Shown here: piece by piece, positions 38,200-51,517 of the stretch
Position numbering within the stretch: position 1 is the first letter of the stretch
Layout of the letters: the number at the start of each line of letters is the position of its first letter
Assembly (NCBI GenBank): GCA_001643675.2
Contig: LSRY02000009.1
Coordinates: 1,054,001-1,118,000 of the forward strand
Reading direction: 5' to 3'
Length of the DNA: 64,000 bases
Source of the DNA: Monocercomonoides exilis PA203
Lineage: Eukaryota; Protista; Preaxostyla
Notes under the pieces: generated by a model
What the model saw: the letters and a program-made list of their open reading frames with translations, nothing else
Database searches by the model: none
What the model was told of the DNA's origin: nothing
Made by a program: the position numbers and the translations under genes

Positions 38200-40340
38200 C
38201 TCCTCCCTCCCTTTATTGTGCCATCTCCTTGTGAAACTGCATCACTTGCTGCCCATCCTCCAGTGGCAGCCCAAAGCGGATCGCCCTTTCCACATCGTTC
38301 TACACAACTGTTGCTCCACTAGCTCCACAACCAGCCGCACCATCCACAACAGCGCCCGCCGCCCTTCTTTCTTCCCCACCTCCGGCTGCACACTCTCCAC
38401 ACTCCACCTCAGCACAACCTTTTCCCTCATCTCAGCCGACACCAACGAAAGCGCCCGCATCTATTCGTCAGGAGTTTGCTTCCGCAGTGCAAAGTGACAG
38501 CTCACAGTCTTTACAACCGCAACGTTCTCAGGCTATGATAGAGGCTCTCGTCGGTACGCAGCATCGCACACGTCCGGCTGCCGCTGGTACAGCTTCATAA
38601 AGTCGTTGTCCTCATATGCCCACAGTACCAACACTTAATATGGCAGACAGCACCAAAACAGCCAACACGCGTCTTCGAAGATCCTCAGGGACAGCGCTAA
38701 TAGCGTCTGTGGATTGCACATGCAGAAGAGACTCCACTTCATCGTTCGCATTGCCTCAACAAGCCACACCAATTGACGATGATGTTGCTGAAGATGATGA
38801 AATCAGTGGATCTTCACTGCATATCGCATCTGACTGCGCATTCATCGCCTCTTTCAACCTCGCAGCTTCTTCCTCAGATGTTCAGCTGCAATCCAAGAAA
38901 CACATACGCTTCTGCCTCCCCCTTGTCCGACTTAATCTCTTCCAACTCCCCAAGAAACAACTTTATCTTCTTCCCAAATTCCCCTTCAAGCACAATGTTG
39001 ACACACATCCGACACATCCGTAACGACAAAGTCAAGAAGTCCTCTTTCTCTTTCATTGGCTACTGCTGCTGCTCACCTTCAAACAGCACCGTGTTGCAGT
39101 ACAGGAAGTCATACAGCTCGCATCCAGGAAACTCCTCCGGCACATTCTTCCAAACAGCCGCATCTTCGCAAAGTCCTTCCGGAACAGCTCCACTTCGCAC
39201 ACCATCGCCCACCGCGCCGCCTCGCTCTTCTTCTGCGCCGCGTGCTTCTCCCCCAGCCGCATCCACAAAAAATCCCCAAAACAACTGACTTGGAAGTACC
39301 CCATCTTCCTACCCAACGCTGCCATCGCTCAAATCTGCTAATATCTTCTCCGCATATTCCCTGGATCATTGACAGCGTCCACGCCAGCTTCTATCGCAGT
39401 CCTGTCTTTAGCTACTACTGACTCAGCTGAATCGGAATAGACGACTTATATATGTGCGACATCCGAAGTACATAAACCATTTCGTACGCCACTTGCCCCA
39501 GCACACTTGACACCGTGCTCATCAGCCGCTTCATCTCTGTCTTCCCCTTTTGCAAAGGCTCCCCGCCTGCCACAGACAACCCTGCCCCAGATCCACCAAA
39601 AAGCGCAGCAGATCGCTCCGACTCTTCTCGGTCTCTGTTGTCTGTCGTCTGCTCAAGAAGCATGTACAGCCGCTGCACAATTATCGCCTTCCCCACTCCT
39701 TTTTCTTCACAATTTGGAACAACAGCTAGCATCCAGTCCTTTCACTCTTTCGTTAGATCTTCACACTGCGATAGAGGAAACCCATACGGCGCACTCTCAT
39801 CTGTTTCTTCTCCCTTTTCACCTTCCTCAGCTTCATCGTATTTTCCGACTCAACTTTTGTTCTTCCTCCTCCTCGCAACATCATTGTTCTTCTCATCTTT
39901 CTCCACTGCCCCGCATTTATTGCCACCTCCAAAGTCCCCAAGCCCAAACTGCTCCTCCAGATCATTCACCTCCCCAACCAGGCGCGGCACTGTCTCTTCA
40001 TACGACTCCTCATTTTCTTCTAATCCTGCTTCTTTTGCGCAAGCGCTGTGTGCTGCTTCTCAATCACCTCCTTGAACAGCGCCTTCTGCTCGCTTAACGT
40101 CTGCTACTGCACTTTCGACAGCGCAATCAGCATCTTCGTTTCCTTCTCCATCTTGTTCATCTTCTGCTGCACAGTTGCATCTGCTCTTCCACCACCTCCT
40201 CCACCAAAGCTGTTTGTTTTTCTCGCAACACTCACCCCGCTCCCCACTTTTGCAACAATCCCCTTCCCATTCAGATCTGGTCCAAGCATCACAACACTTC
40301 CATTTTTGTTGATCTCTGTTAACTTCTCCTTTCACTTTTC
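38200..40340 (-). pseudogene. Fragmented unknown gene
   Basis: GC-richer, coding-like block with successive minus-strand ORF pieces in different frames (40104..40292, 39415..39732, 39060..39284, 38242..38460). Confidence 0.5.
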
Positions 40341-40429
40341 ATGCAGCCCCAACGGCAGAATCAACAAAGCCAAAGATGGAACCACCCGCCACACGCACAA
40401 ATTAATGAAGAAGATGTATCAATTGTAAC

Positions 40430-41290
40430 CCCCGACCAGCCAGTTTTCACTTGACATCCATACTCACCACTCCTCCTTGCTGAGCCCAGCACTTCTTCTC
40501 CTTCACCTGCTTCACCTCTGCGTTGTGCTTCTCGCTCAGCTGCAGAATCTTCCTCTGATTCATCCAGATGATCTTGCCCTTCTCCTGCAGCTGCTCTACC
40601 AGCCCGCTCACCCGCTTCGCATCCTTTTCCTTTTCCAACTTCTTCTTCTTTTCTTTCTTCCAGCAAATTCAGCACAATCGCTGCTGGAGGCAGGACTACA
40701 TCCTCCATTCTCATTCCTACCATCCACGACCCTTTTTCCACAATTTCCACAACTTCGTGCCCTGCAACCCCTCGCACCATCACTTCATCGTCCAGCTTCA
40801 CCACCACATGCCTCGACTGCTGCGATCGCGATACCAGCCGCGCTATTGCCGACTGTAGCAGCGACAGATCAATCAGATCGTTGATCGAAGGGAGTGCATT
40901 CATGCAACCTTCACAAAATTCTGCTTTCTCCCTAACTTCATGTCCACCTACGCTGCAAGCTACGGAAGCTGCCCCACCAGCTGAACCGAAAGCATCGCCA
41001 AAAGCACCACGTCGTGCGCACACACAACACCCCCATTCAGCAGAGCCAGCTGCGTCACACCACAATATATCCCCGCAGCGTGTGCAGCGCACACGGCAAC
41101 GACTTCTTTTGATTTGCACACACCTCACATTCTTCTAATTCAACAATCCGCAGCCGACTTTCGATGTTATCCATCGTTGTTGTTGAAGTGATAAATGACG
41201 CCTCCACCATTGAGTCATCCGAAGGGTCAATCGTAGGCGCTGATGATGAAGATGAAGATGAAGATGACTTTTCATCTTCTGTCATTTTCT
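40430..41290 (-). pseudogene. Decayed member of the multicopy family (paralog of 27640-28630)
   Basis: Frameshifted ORFs 41055..41285, 40361..41128 and 40447..40638. Confidence 0.6.
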
Positions 41291-42215
41291 TCTTTGTGCT
41301 TTTTCACCTCCGAAACGGCGAATATAACCTTCATGCTGTCCAAGTTGAAGATGGAGAAGAAGACAAAAGCACGGAGAGAAAAGACGACTGCTGCGCTGCA
41401 CCAGTCACAAGAAGTTTAATGAGACATCTCGCACCACGTTAGCAGGCAGCTTCACTGGTGATATAAATACAACATTCACATTCTTATCAGAATGGTCGAC
41501 CGGCAAAGAAAATCTGCTTTTTTCGTGTTATTTGAAAAGAATAAAGCGGAATACGTCTCAACGACGTATGGAGACGAAATGAAAAAGAGAAGAAAACAAG
41601 TTGTTTGATTCAAACTTTTTGAATCTTTATATGAGAATGGATTGCATTTTTGAGTTTGTAATAAATAAAGATTTATTTTGAAAAAAGTATATCATTCTGC
41701 ATTTCAAAATGATAACATTTATTATTGCTCAATGTTGACATCTTTTCGAATAGCTTTCGATTGTTTCGAATGTAGATTTGATGTATTTTTCATGTTTGAA
41801 ATTTTCTAATAAAAAATTCTATTATTCAAGCAAATAAAACTTTTTTTGTCTTTAACAAAGGAAAATAACAAAAAACCAAGTTAATATCCAAAAATTCAGA
41901 ATGAATATTCGAACAGATGAAATGAAAATGAGGAAATAATAACATATATATCATCTGATTCAAACAGCTGGAAAGCATTCGTTGACAAAAGTGTATTATG
42001 AAATAAAGAAAAAATTTATATTATTTCAACTAATTTGTATCCTGTTTTTCTTTGTAAAGCGAAATAAATAACTATAAATAACATTTACCAAACTTAAATG
42101 GGAACGGAATGATCAAAATATATTGATCATTTTTGATCTTTTGTGGGACAAAATAAAAGTCGTGGAACTTTTCAAAAAAATTTAGACATTTTTTATGCAA
42201 TATCGATGAATGTTG

Positions 42216-42270
42216 TAAACCTCTGCGTCACCCAAAAAAGAAAAATCATTCGTCAGTCACTTCGTCACTC

Positions 42271-42304
<34 letters not shown>

Positions 42305-45300
42305 TTTTTTAATTTTAAAATTTTAAAAAAAAATTATTAGATTATATTTTCTGTTATTGTGTATTGATTATGATAATGTTACAAAAAAGAAAAAATTTAT
42401 ATCGAAACCCATACTTTATTTATCAAAATTTATTGTTTGACTTTTGAAAATAGAAAACATTAAATTATGTTGAATTTTAAAAGCACTTATAAGGAATGTT
42501 ATTTGCCAATGAAATAAATTTGAAAAATATATTTAAACATCCAGGGTTCCAACGGGAACAGAAACAATTTAAAAAGTTCAATTTAGTGGAAAAAACGTGA
42601 TAGCATTATTCATTATCTTTGAAAACCGATGTTGAAATTAACAAAAGTTTGATCAAGATATTGCAATCTCTTTATCTATCCTTTTAATAGCATTTTATCG
42701 TTTTGCTTTTGTTATTAAATATCTTTTATTTTTTGCTTTCAAACATATCCTCAATGCATTGTTCTTGACTTTTTTCAACTTTTTCTTCTTTCTATTTCAT
42801 CACCTTTTTTCTTCAGCAGTAAACAGAAAACAATAATTGTGAGAATTGCTTTCCCTTTTTTATGATTATCATTTGTCTTTTTTTTTAGTTCTTTGCCTCT
42901 CAGTTCTTTGACTGCTATTATTTTTCATTCATCATTCTTTTATCTTTCAGAACGAAATTCATTCATGCTGTAGAAGCACATCCTCAGCCTCCTCCCCATT
43001 AAATAATGCATCTTCAAAAGCAAGCCACTCTTTTATCCTGGGCGATGGCATTGTTTGAAAAAGTTAGCACTCAGCACCTTCGTGAAGAGCGTCTTTGATG
43101 CAGCCATGGTCTTTTCTACAGTAGCAACATTCGCAGCAGAGTGCAAACAGCGAGGCAGCCACTGAAGATCGTTGCACTTCGGTCATCGCATCACACACAC
43201 ATAAATGAATGGCTTCGCTTTCTTCTTCCAACGCAAATTCAGAATCTTCTTCTTCTTTCTGCGCTCTTCATTCCCTTAGATATTCATTAGAAAAAGCAAA
43301 AGAAATTCAATTGATATTTCAATATCTTCTTTTCCTTATTCCTCCCCCCACTTTTCTTTTTCTTTGTAATTGTTGTTATAATTGTTTTCTTTTTTCAATA
43401 AATCGAATCGGGGACAATTTCAGTTTGATAATCCTCGAAATTTGATGATTAAATTTGCACATTTTCCTTTCATCGTTTGCTTTGTCTTATGATATATATC
43501 GTTATGTTATTTGCTTCATTTTTCTTTTTATAATAAAATGACGTAAGGTTGACCACAATTTCAAATCAATTAATTGTTTTAAAAGTTATAAATAAAAAGT
43601 TGGATAAAAAATATTCAGAGTAATATGGAACATTTGCTTTTTTTGCGAAATATTGAATATGACAGAATCTTTCTATTTTCCCAAAGACATTATTCTAATA
43701 ATCTCATGAATGTTTGAATAAATTTCAATATTTACAAAAAAACATAAATAAAATGAAATTTTCAAATTATATAAAAAATTTTCTTTTTTTATATTAAACG
43801 CGATAGGGTTTAATGCATTTGCTTCTTCGATGAACACTGAAGCTTCCTTTTCTTTTGCCTCTAATCTGTTGCATAATCACTTTTGATAATTATATATGAG
43901 AAGATAGATATTTATTCGCATGTCAATGATAAACCTGAAATGAAAATGAAAAGAACAAAAAGTTAAATTTTTTATTAAAGATGCAACAAGCTGTTCAAAG
44001 TGTCAATTGACAAACTCTGACGTCTTTCTCCCACAATTCTTCGAGCCCTGGAAAATAATCTTTCACAAAAACATTCGCCACAATGAAATTGGATAAGGCT
44101 GTATGCAAATGAAGGTAAACTTTGTGAATATCGCTTTTTCGAAACATATTTGAATAATAAATGTGTGAATCATCTTCAATCACACATTTTTCAGTTTCTT
44201 TTTTTTCCAAAGATCTCTGAAACAACAGCAAACAACCTTCAATTATTTCTCCTTTTTCTTGACCAATAAAACTTTGAATAGTCTCCCTAAAGCTGTAAAC
44301 CATCCTCCCATGCCAATCTCCAAACACTGTATCAAAAATATCGAGCATCGTTTTCTCTTCCAGTTCGAAATTATGTAAATGAATTTTTTTACTGATTCAA
44401 ATATCACAAGGCACGTTCCATCATCATTTTCAACATATTTCTCCTCCAGTTTATGAAAATCATCATTTGTTGAGCAACGACATTCCTCCTCCTCATCAAT
44501 TAAATTGACAATTTTCTGTTGATCATCAAATTTTGTCTTTTTTTCTTTTTTGAAATGACGAGCATTATCCATTGAATTTCTTTCATCTAAATCTTCTATA
44601 TATTCATCGTTAATTGCTTCGTTTTCTGCGCATAACAATCCGAATAGATCTTCATCATTCTCTTCATCTGATTCGTCAGTGTTGCTTTCCATCTCCATTG
44701 ATAGTGAGCTTGTTCGAAGAGTTTCAATGAAATTAAACAAATCTATAACAATGCTGTTTGAGCTTTTCCGGATATTTTGTTGATCATAATCAAAAGGAAT
44801 CAAACCTAATGTATCATTCATTCATTGTAAAAACTTAAATTCTTTAACTCTTTTGAGTTTCAAAAATTCGCATTTTGCTTTATTAAAATCATTCATGTTG
44901 TTTCTGAATAATAAATCCTTTCGAAAATACATCACAAAAGAGATAAAGTGGGCAAGATCATCCAAAAAGTGTTTAATGAGGCAAACTGTGTCTGGATCTT
45001 TGATTGGCCGATTTTATTTTGTCAAGAATTCGTTTTCATCAACATGGTTTTGTAATATAATTCTAGAACAATTTGTTTCAAAGATGACAAGTCACATAAA
45101 AATGACGTCAGTGACGGGAAGTTCCAAAATGATCAAAAAGTGACAAATGATCAAAAAAAGTGACGATCAAAAAAGTCCGAATCTGAAAAAATTAATCAAC
45201 TTTTCCATAACGAAAAATTTTCAAAAGTTTAATTGATATTAATTAATTCGCCAATAAATTAGAGATATATCATTATAAAACAAATATCATTTCAATATGT

Positions 45301-45425
45301 GAAAAATGTATTAGTTATCAGAATAAATAATTTTTCTCGTTTGAAAAAAGTGACATATAAATTTCAGATTTGTCAGTCACTTTTCAAAAAATGGCTCGTC
45401 ACTGGCGGGGTGACGAGGAGGTTTA
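42216..45425 (-). mobile_element. 3.2 kb TIR DNA transposon with 8-bp TSD (hAT-like), carrying a decayed spliced gene
   Basis: TSD GAATGTTG at 42208-42215 and 45426-45433. Imperfect TIRs TAAACCTCTGCGTCACCC / GGGTGACGAGGAGGTTTA with subterminal GTCAC/GTGAC repeats. Minus-strand ORFs 44243..44821 and 43995..44348, and an intron-like stretch at ~43936-44011. Confidence 0.85.
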
Positions 45426-45649
45426 GAATGTTGTATTATGTGAATATTTAGTTTTAAACTTATCGGTTGAATCCTAATTACAAAATAGTTTTATCATTTT
45501 TGATATTATTGAAACTTGTCTGAATACCACTTGATACGAAAAATATAATTTAGTATTAAACATAAAACAAAATCAAAGATTAAATGCACAAAATAAAAAT
45601 CACTATTAAATATAAATTTCTTTGCAAATTACAATTAAAAAGAAATAAT

Positions 45650-48600
45650 ATGGGTGATTTTTTTTGAAATCATAAAAAAAGATCAAAAATTGAAATAATA
45701 AATCTATTGTGGTATTTTTTGATCAAATAACAAGAATTGATTTTTCATGAGTATTTAGCATGTGTTGACAAAACATTTATTTGTTTTTTTCATTTAAACA
45801 AAAATACAAACCTATGTTTATATGATTTAGATGAAAAAGAATTTTTTTGATCAAGTTAATTAAAATTAATTAAAAATATTAAAAAAATGAATAAATAAAT
45901 TTAAAATAAGAACAGAAAAAACGATAAGAAAACAAAAATATTGAAACCAATTTATAAATAATAGTTATTTCTCTTTTTTCTTTTCGTCTTTGTATAGCCA
46001 ACAAATCATTATTCCTTTATTTGATTCATCGGATTCATCAAACGTAACAGATATAGTGGTGCATTGGATAAAGCCAAGTTCAATATCTGGATCATCTTCA
46101 TTTCTTTGAATTAAATCGTTTCAAACAGAGGAACTAATTCTGATGCATGTGGCAAATCCAAACACACTCGATGTGCCACCATCGAGTATGCACTCAACGG
46201 CTTCATTTCCCTCCTCCAAGGCTCCTCCCTCACTCTCCTCAGCTCAACGTTTGTTCCCATTCAAACACTCACTTTCGACGCGGTTGACACAAAAATCACT
46301 GTAAATGACAAACATTTTCTAATTTCTTTATTATTAATTCCATTTACAAATTTTTGAATATTTTCCATATCATTGAAAAATTCTTGAGATTTCATAGCTT
46401 TTTCAACTGAAGCATTTGTCATCATTATTTTTTTCAAAAAGCATAACATCAACAAGACAAAAATATTTCTTCGTCATTACCTCATCTATTTTTTCTTCTC
46501 CATCAACAACAAATTAAGCTCATGAAAAAAGATTCATTGCTGTCGTATCTTTCAAAAAGAAATATATTCATGTATAACAGGCAATTTTCTTCAGTTTATA
46601 TTTTCTTCACCTTTCCGATTTCAACTTGCTTGCATCCAATTAGCGCAAGAATTTCATATGACTTCCCTTCAAACATGATTTTTCCCAAAAACCGCTTTGT
46701 CTCATTGTTTCATTTTCCGCGACTTTTTGAAGGCATGTGGCCTTGTGAAATCTCTCAAAAACCATCCCTGCAACTGTTTGTTCAAAGAAATCTTTTCCCA
46801 CCTTGTTCTTTCTGCTTCATGTTATTCTTTCATCTTCCAAATGAAAAAAAGTCAGATTCGATTTTCTTGTTGATTTCGTGCCTTCTGATCAGCTTTTCTT
46901 GGTTTAACGTAAATCTCTCATCTTCATATAACTTCAGCTGATATTCATTATTTGAATAAGTTTTTCTTTGCATCTTTCCAAATAGCAACGAAAGATGAGG
47001 TCTGGCACTGAATTCGATGATTGTTGAATGAAAAGGAAGCAGACGAAGAAAGACCAGTCAGTGAAAGTGGAGAAAGTGAGCCAGGAGCAGCAGGATTAGA
47101 AATGGATGGATGAACAGCTTGAGATAAAAGGAAGGGAGAAGAAGAGATTCTGAGTAAAGGAGAAGATTGCTGTTGGACGTTCATAAACAAGGACGAATTG
47201 ACAAGCGAAGAGGTGCAATGAGAAAGAGGATGCAGAGAAATATTTGTATTTGAACAAAATCAGCAGCTGAATCAAAAGGCGCAACCGAATTGAGGGCAGG
47301 GCATTTCAACATCAAATCCATCTCCATTGAATTCTGCGACGTGAAGAAAGATGCCAACTTTGAGAACGACAGCGAAGAAAACAGCTTCGACAACGCATCT
47401 CTTCTTCCAGGCACGCTGCTCAGGCTGAATGTTCTGATCCCTTTCTCCTTCTGAAACAGCAGCGGTGATCCTTTCCCTGCTCCTTTCCTTCCCTTTCTGT
47501 GTGTCACTTCTGCTTCCTCTTTGTACGGCTACCATCCCCTCCACTTCATCCCCCTTCCTCTTCTCAACTCTGCACGACTCTGCCTCAGCCCGCTCTTCAG
47601 CGCACTCATCAGATCCAACCGCGTTCTTGTCTGCCTCGCGTCGACTGCTGCATACACAGGTACCTTCTGCATCTTCCACGCAAATTGCCCGTTTTCCTCG
47701 CTTTTGATACGCACATAGCTGAAAGGCACATCCAGTTCATAGCTCAAATCTTCAAAGTCAGAATTAAAGAGGTCATTCAGCGTGCAGTCCAATTTCCGCT
47801 CTCTTGTCAAAAATTGCGTTTGGCTTTCTTTCGTTTCTTGTTGCGCCTCGCTTGCCATTTTGTTCACCTTCTGGTTAATCGGTGTGCCTGTCTCAAGGTA
47901 CGGTTGTAATATTCCTTGGATGCTGCTGAACAAATTCTTGTCTTTTTCCTCTATCTTCTTCGCCATTTTCTCCATTTTCCTGTGCTCTCTCTTCTTTCTA
48001 CTTCCGCCTCCTCTCTTTCTCTTCTTTCTCCTCCTTCTTCTTCTGTATTCCCTGCAGTTTCATCAGCCGAAGCAGTTTTTCTCTCTGATCATCAGATTCC
48101 TATGAACCGAACATGATCTTCGCTTCTTCATCGTCCACTTTCCCTTTCTCATTCTGAAACTCATCTGACATCGCCCTTGTAACTTTTTTTGTTGAACTCC
48201 TTCATCCCCATCACACCCAACGTCACCTCTCCTCCTCTTCCTCCAATTCCTCCTCCAACAGCACGTGATAGCGGAGTTGTAGGTGTACCTACAGCTCCTC
48301 TTCCCATCTCCATCTCTTGGCTGTACGCAATCAACGCTCTCCCTCCGACTCCTCTCCATCCTCCGTCCATTCGCTTCCCTCGTGTAAAGTGTATCGTTCC
48401 AAAGTTTCCTCTTCCAGAAATTTATTGTTTAGGCTGTAAAGAAGGAAATGGTGAAGGAGAGGAATTTGTTGCTGCTTTTGATGTTGTTTTTGCAGTGCTC
48501 GTGATGAAAGCGGATCTGTTTTGGTTCATTGGAATGAATTTCGTCTTTCCTGCCGTTTCTTATTGATTCTTTGGTGTTTGAATTCTTTTCTGCTTCCGTT

Positions 48601-50110
48601 TAATTATCTTTGTTTTTCAATCAACAGCTTTGCGGTTGTTTGTTGAATCCTCCAAAATCACTTCTTGATCCTCGTCTTTCGTGCTATCTTCATCGCCTTC
48701 AACTTCTTCCTTGTTTCCATTTCCATTTCCAGAATTTGTTGCTTCTTTCTCTTCTTTTCCGTCTTCTTTGCCATCCCCCTCACTTTTAGTAGCATTCACA
48801 CTCATTCCTGGTCTTTTAATCGATTCATCTATCCGCGTCGGAGAAAGCAGAAGGTTCGGTCTGACCATCAAAAGCACTTCATTCACAACAAAATCACGTT
48901 GAAACTCAAGCGCCTGGTAATACCTTCGCATCAGCCTCTGTTTCTCTCTCTGTTTGTGTCTCTTCTCTCTTCGCTCTTCTTCATCACTGATGATGGAGCT
49001 GTCGGAAAGGCATTCACTTCCTTCATTATTCTTGGTTTCCTTCAGAGTATCTCTTCCAATCAATGATAAACTCTCATTTTCTTCTGATTTTGCTTTATTA
49101 TCATTTTCATCATCATTATTATTTACATCATTTTCGGGCTTCAATACCTTCCTCATCTTTATTTGATCTCTTGTTCTTTCTCTCTCTCTTCTCTCTTTCC
49201 TTCGCTCTCTCTCTTTCTCTCTTCCTCTTCTCCAGATTCTCTGCATACCACTCCACCATCCGAATCTCTGCAAACAGCGGCATAGCCTCAAATACATCTG
49301 GTGGGAGAACAAAATATTGTCTTTTCCTTCTTCTTCCGAACTGCTGCCTCATCCTCCTCATCTGCTGCTCTTCGCTTGTTAGAAATCTGTTTCTAGAAGA
49401 GCGAAGCAACGAGGAAGAAGAAAATAGTGAAGAAGGCGATGACATTGGGGCTGCTTCCACTTGTGCACAACGGTTGAGATAGCATCTGCGGAGGAGAGTG
49501 TCCATTGCTCTTATGCAGCGAGCTATTGCAATCTCAGAGCGATAGGGTGATCTGGGGTGGAGAGAGTGGTCAGTTACCGCTGGAGAAGATGGGGAAGATG
49601 AAGGAGAGGGAGAAGGAGATGGCTGACAAAGAGAAAGAAAAGATTCATTGTGCAACGAAGAAGGAGATGTTTCTGTTCCTGTGCCAATGCCAGCAATTGA
49701 ATGAGTCAAAAAGGTTTGTGTTGAATTTTGATTGCTTTTTCTCAGTCTTTGTCTTCAAGGGACATAAAATGAATTTTGAAGAGTTGTTTCTTGTGGCGGA
49801 AGGGTCACAGGAAGAGGCAGGTGCGGCGCATGTTTTCTTTTGAAGTGTCGATGAATTCGTCGATTTCTGCTTTTTTGACTCTTTCTTGTGAAGAATTCAC
49901 TTCTGACTGTTCTGATGAAGAGAAAGATGAAGATGAACAGTTTTCTATTTTTTCTTTCTCGAAGAATATAACTGTTGCTGCTTTTGATGACGATGTTGAA
50001 GCAGAAGAAAGCGAAGAGGGAGAAGAAGAAGGTGAAGAAGGTGAAGAAGAAGAAGAAGAAGAAAGCGAAGAAGATGAGATGATGATGAAAATGAATATTT
50101 TTGGCGTTTG
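45650..50110 (-). pseudogene. Copy A of a large low-complexity unknown gene plus 3' flank
   Basis: Diverged direct paralog of 51518-55920 (shared ATGGGTGATTTTTTT..ATCATAAAAAAAGATCAAAAAT boundary and shared peptides); contains stops and frameshifts. Confidence 0.7.
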
Positions 50111-51312
50111 ACAAATCCATAAAAAATGCAAAAAAATTCTAAGGAAGAAGTTGGGAGGTTCCATGTGATGCTGTTTTCTGAATGAAACATCTCATTTAAC
50201 AAGTTCACTTCACAACGAGACAAAAACCCAAATTACAATTATATTGGCTGATATTTTGTTATTAATCAATAAAGCTTGATTTATTCTAATCAACTCACTT
50301 TCTTTCAACAATTTCCTCTCTTTTCGCTTCAATAACAAAAAATGAAGATATCTCTCAATTTCCACTCCTTTCCATTTTCCTCTTCCACTCAGCTCTCAAA
50401 ATCATCAAAAAAATATCAATCCCCTCCTTTTCTTCATCATTTTCGTTCTCTTTCTACAATACATTCTCCTATTTTAAAAATTACCCCTCTTCCACTTGAA
50501 CACTTCTCAATTTTTCTCGTCTTGCCCGCTTTTGCCCTCTTTTCTTTCTTTTCAAATTCCATTTCTCCAATTAGTCTCAAATATCTTCCCCATCATCTCC
50601 AGCAACTTTTCTATATATTGACTTCAATGTCTTCCCCAAATCTCAACCTGCTCTTCCCCACCACTTTGTCTCCAAAATTTCTTTCATTCAAAAACCCCTC
50701 TCGAAATATAAACAATTTCAAAATCACTCAACTCCCGCCCCTTGCTACAAATAATCATTTTCTATCTCTTCTCTGTGCCATATCCCTCCTGTGATGGGTA
50801 CTGACGAAATAAACGAGATATTCTTCTTTGGGTATTTGAGAATATTATTAAAGGAGATGATCATGCCAAAAACAGAAAATACCCCCTTGGACATCCACCA
50901 CAATGTGTACGGGCAGAGAAGACTCTCCAGTGAGATGAACAATGTATTTTGTGAAGAAGATGCAATGCTGTATTCAACCATTCTGAGACTGAAACGAAGA
51001 GATTGATTTATTTTTTGAATGATGATTGTTGTGGAAATGAGTGTGCTTGGCAAAAAACAGTCGAAGAGCAGTTTGACATTTATTTATTTTTCTATATATG
51101 AATATTTATCTGTTGAATGTTTTTGTGTTTCTTTCAGGGCAGGAAGTGGAAAAGAATGAAAATGAATGAAAGCTGGATATCTCGTTGTGCAGGGTGACTA
51201 TAGAGTTGAGCCAGCAAATTCATATGGAAAGTTCCCAGGGTGAAGGGATTGGGAAGGGAATTGGAGATGATATTTTCAGACGAGAAACAGGATATTTTTC
51301 AATGAGAAAGAT
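47398..51312 (+). repeat. IR3 left arm, near-identical core
   Basis: Mirror of 58789-62703 (paired ORF coordinates sum to 110101-110102). Confidence 0.95.
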
Positions 51313-51517
51313 GAAATTGAAGAAAATACATAAGTTTCACATTTTTCAGAAGAGAGGGAAATCGATGCATTTGATGGAGAAACAACTGATGGAAAGGATG
51401 GTTGGGGAATCAGAGGATGAAACGCTAGAAAATTGATTGTTTTCATTTACACTTTATCGATTTCAACTTATCTTTTTCCATTTCTTTTCCAATTGCATTA
51501 TTTAACTTATTTTTGAA

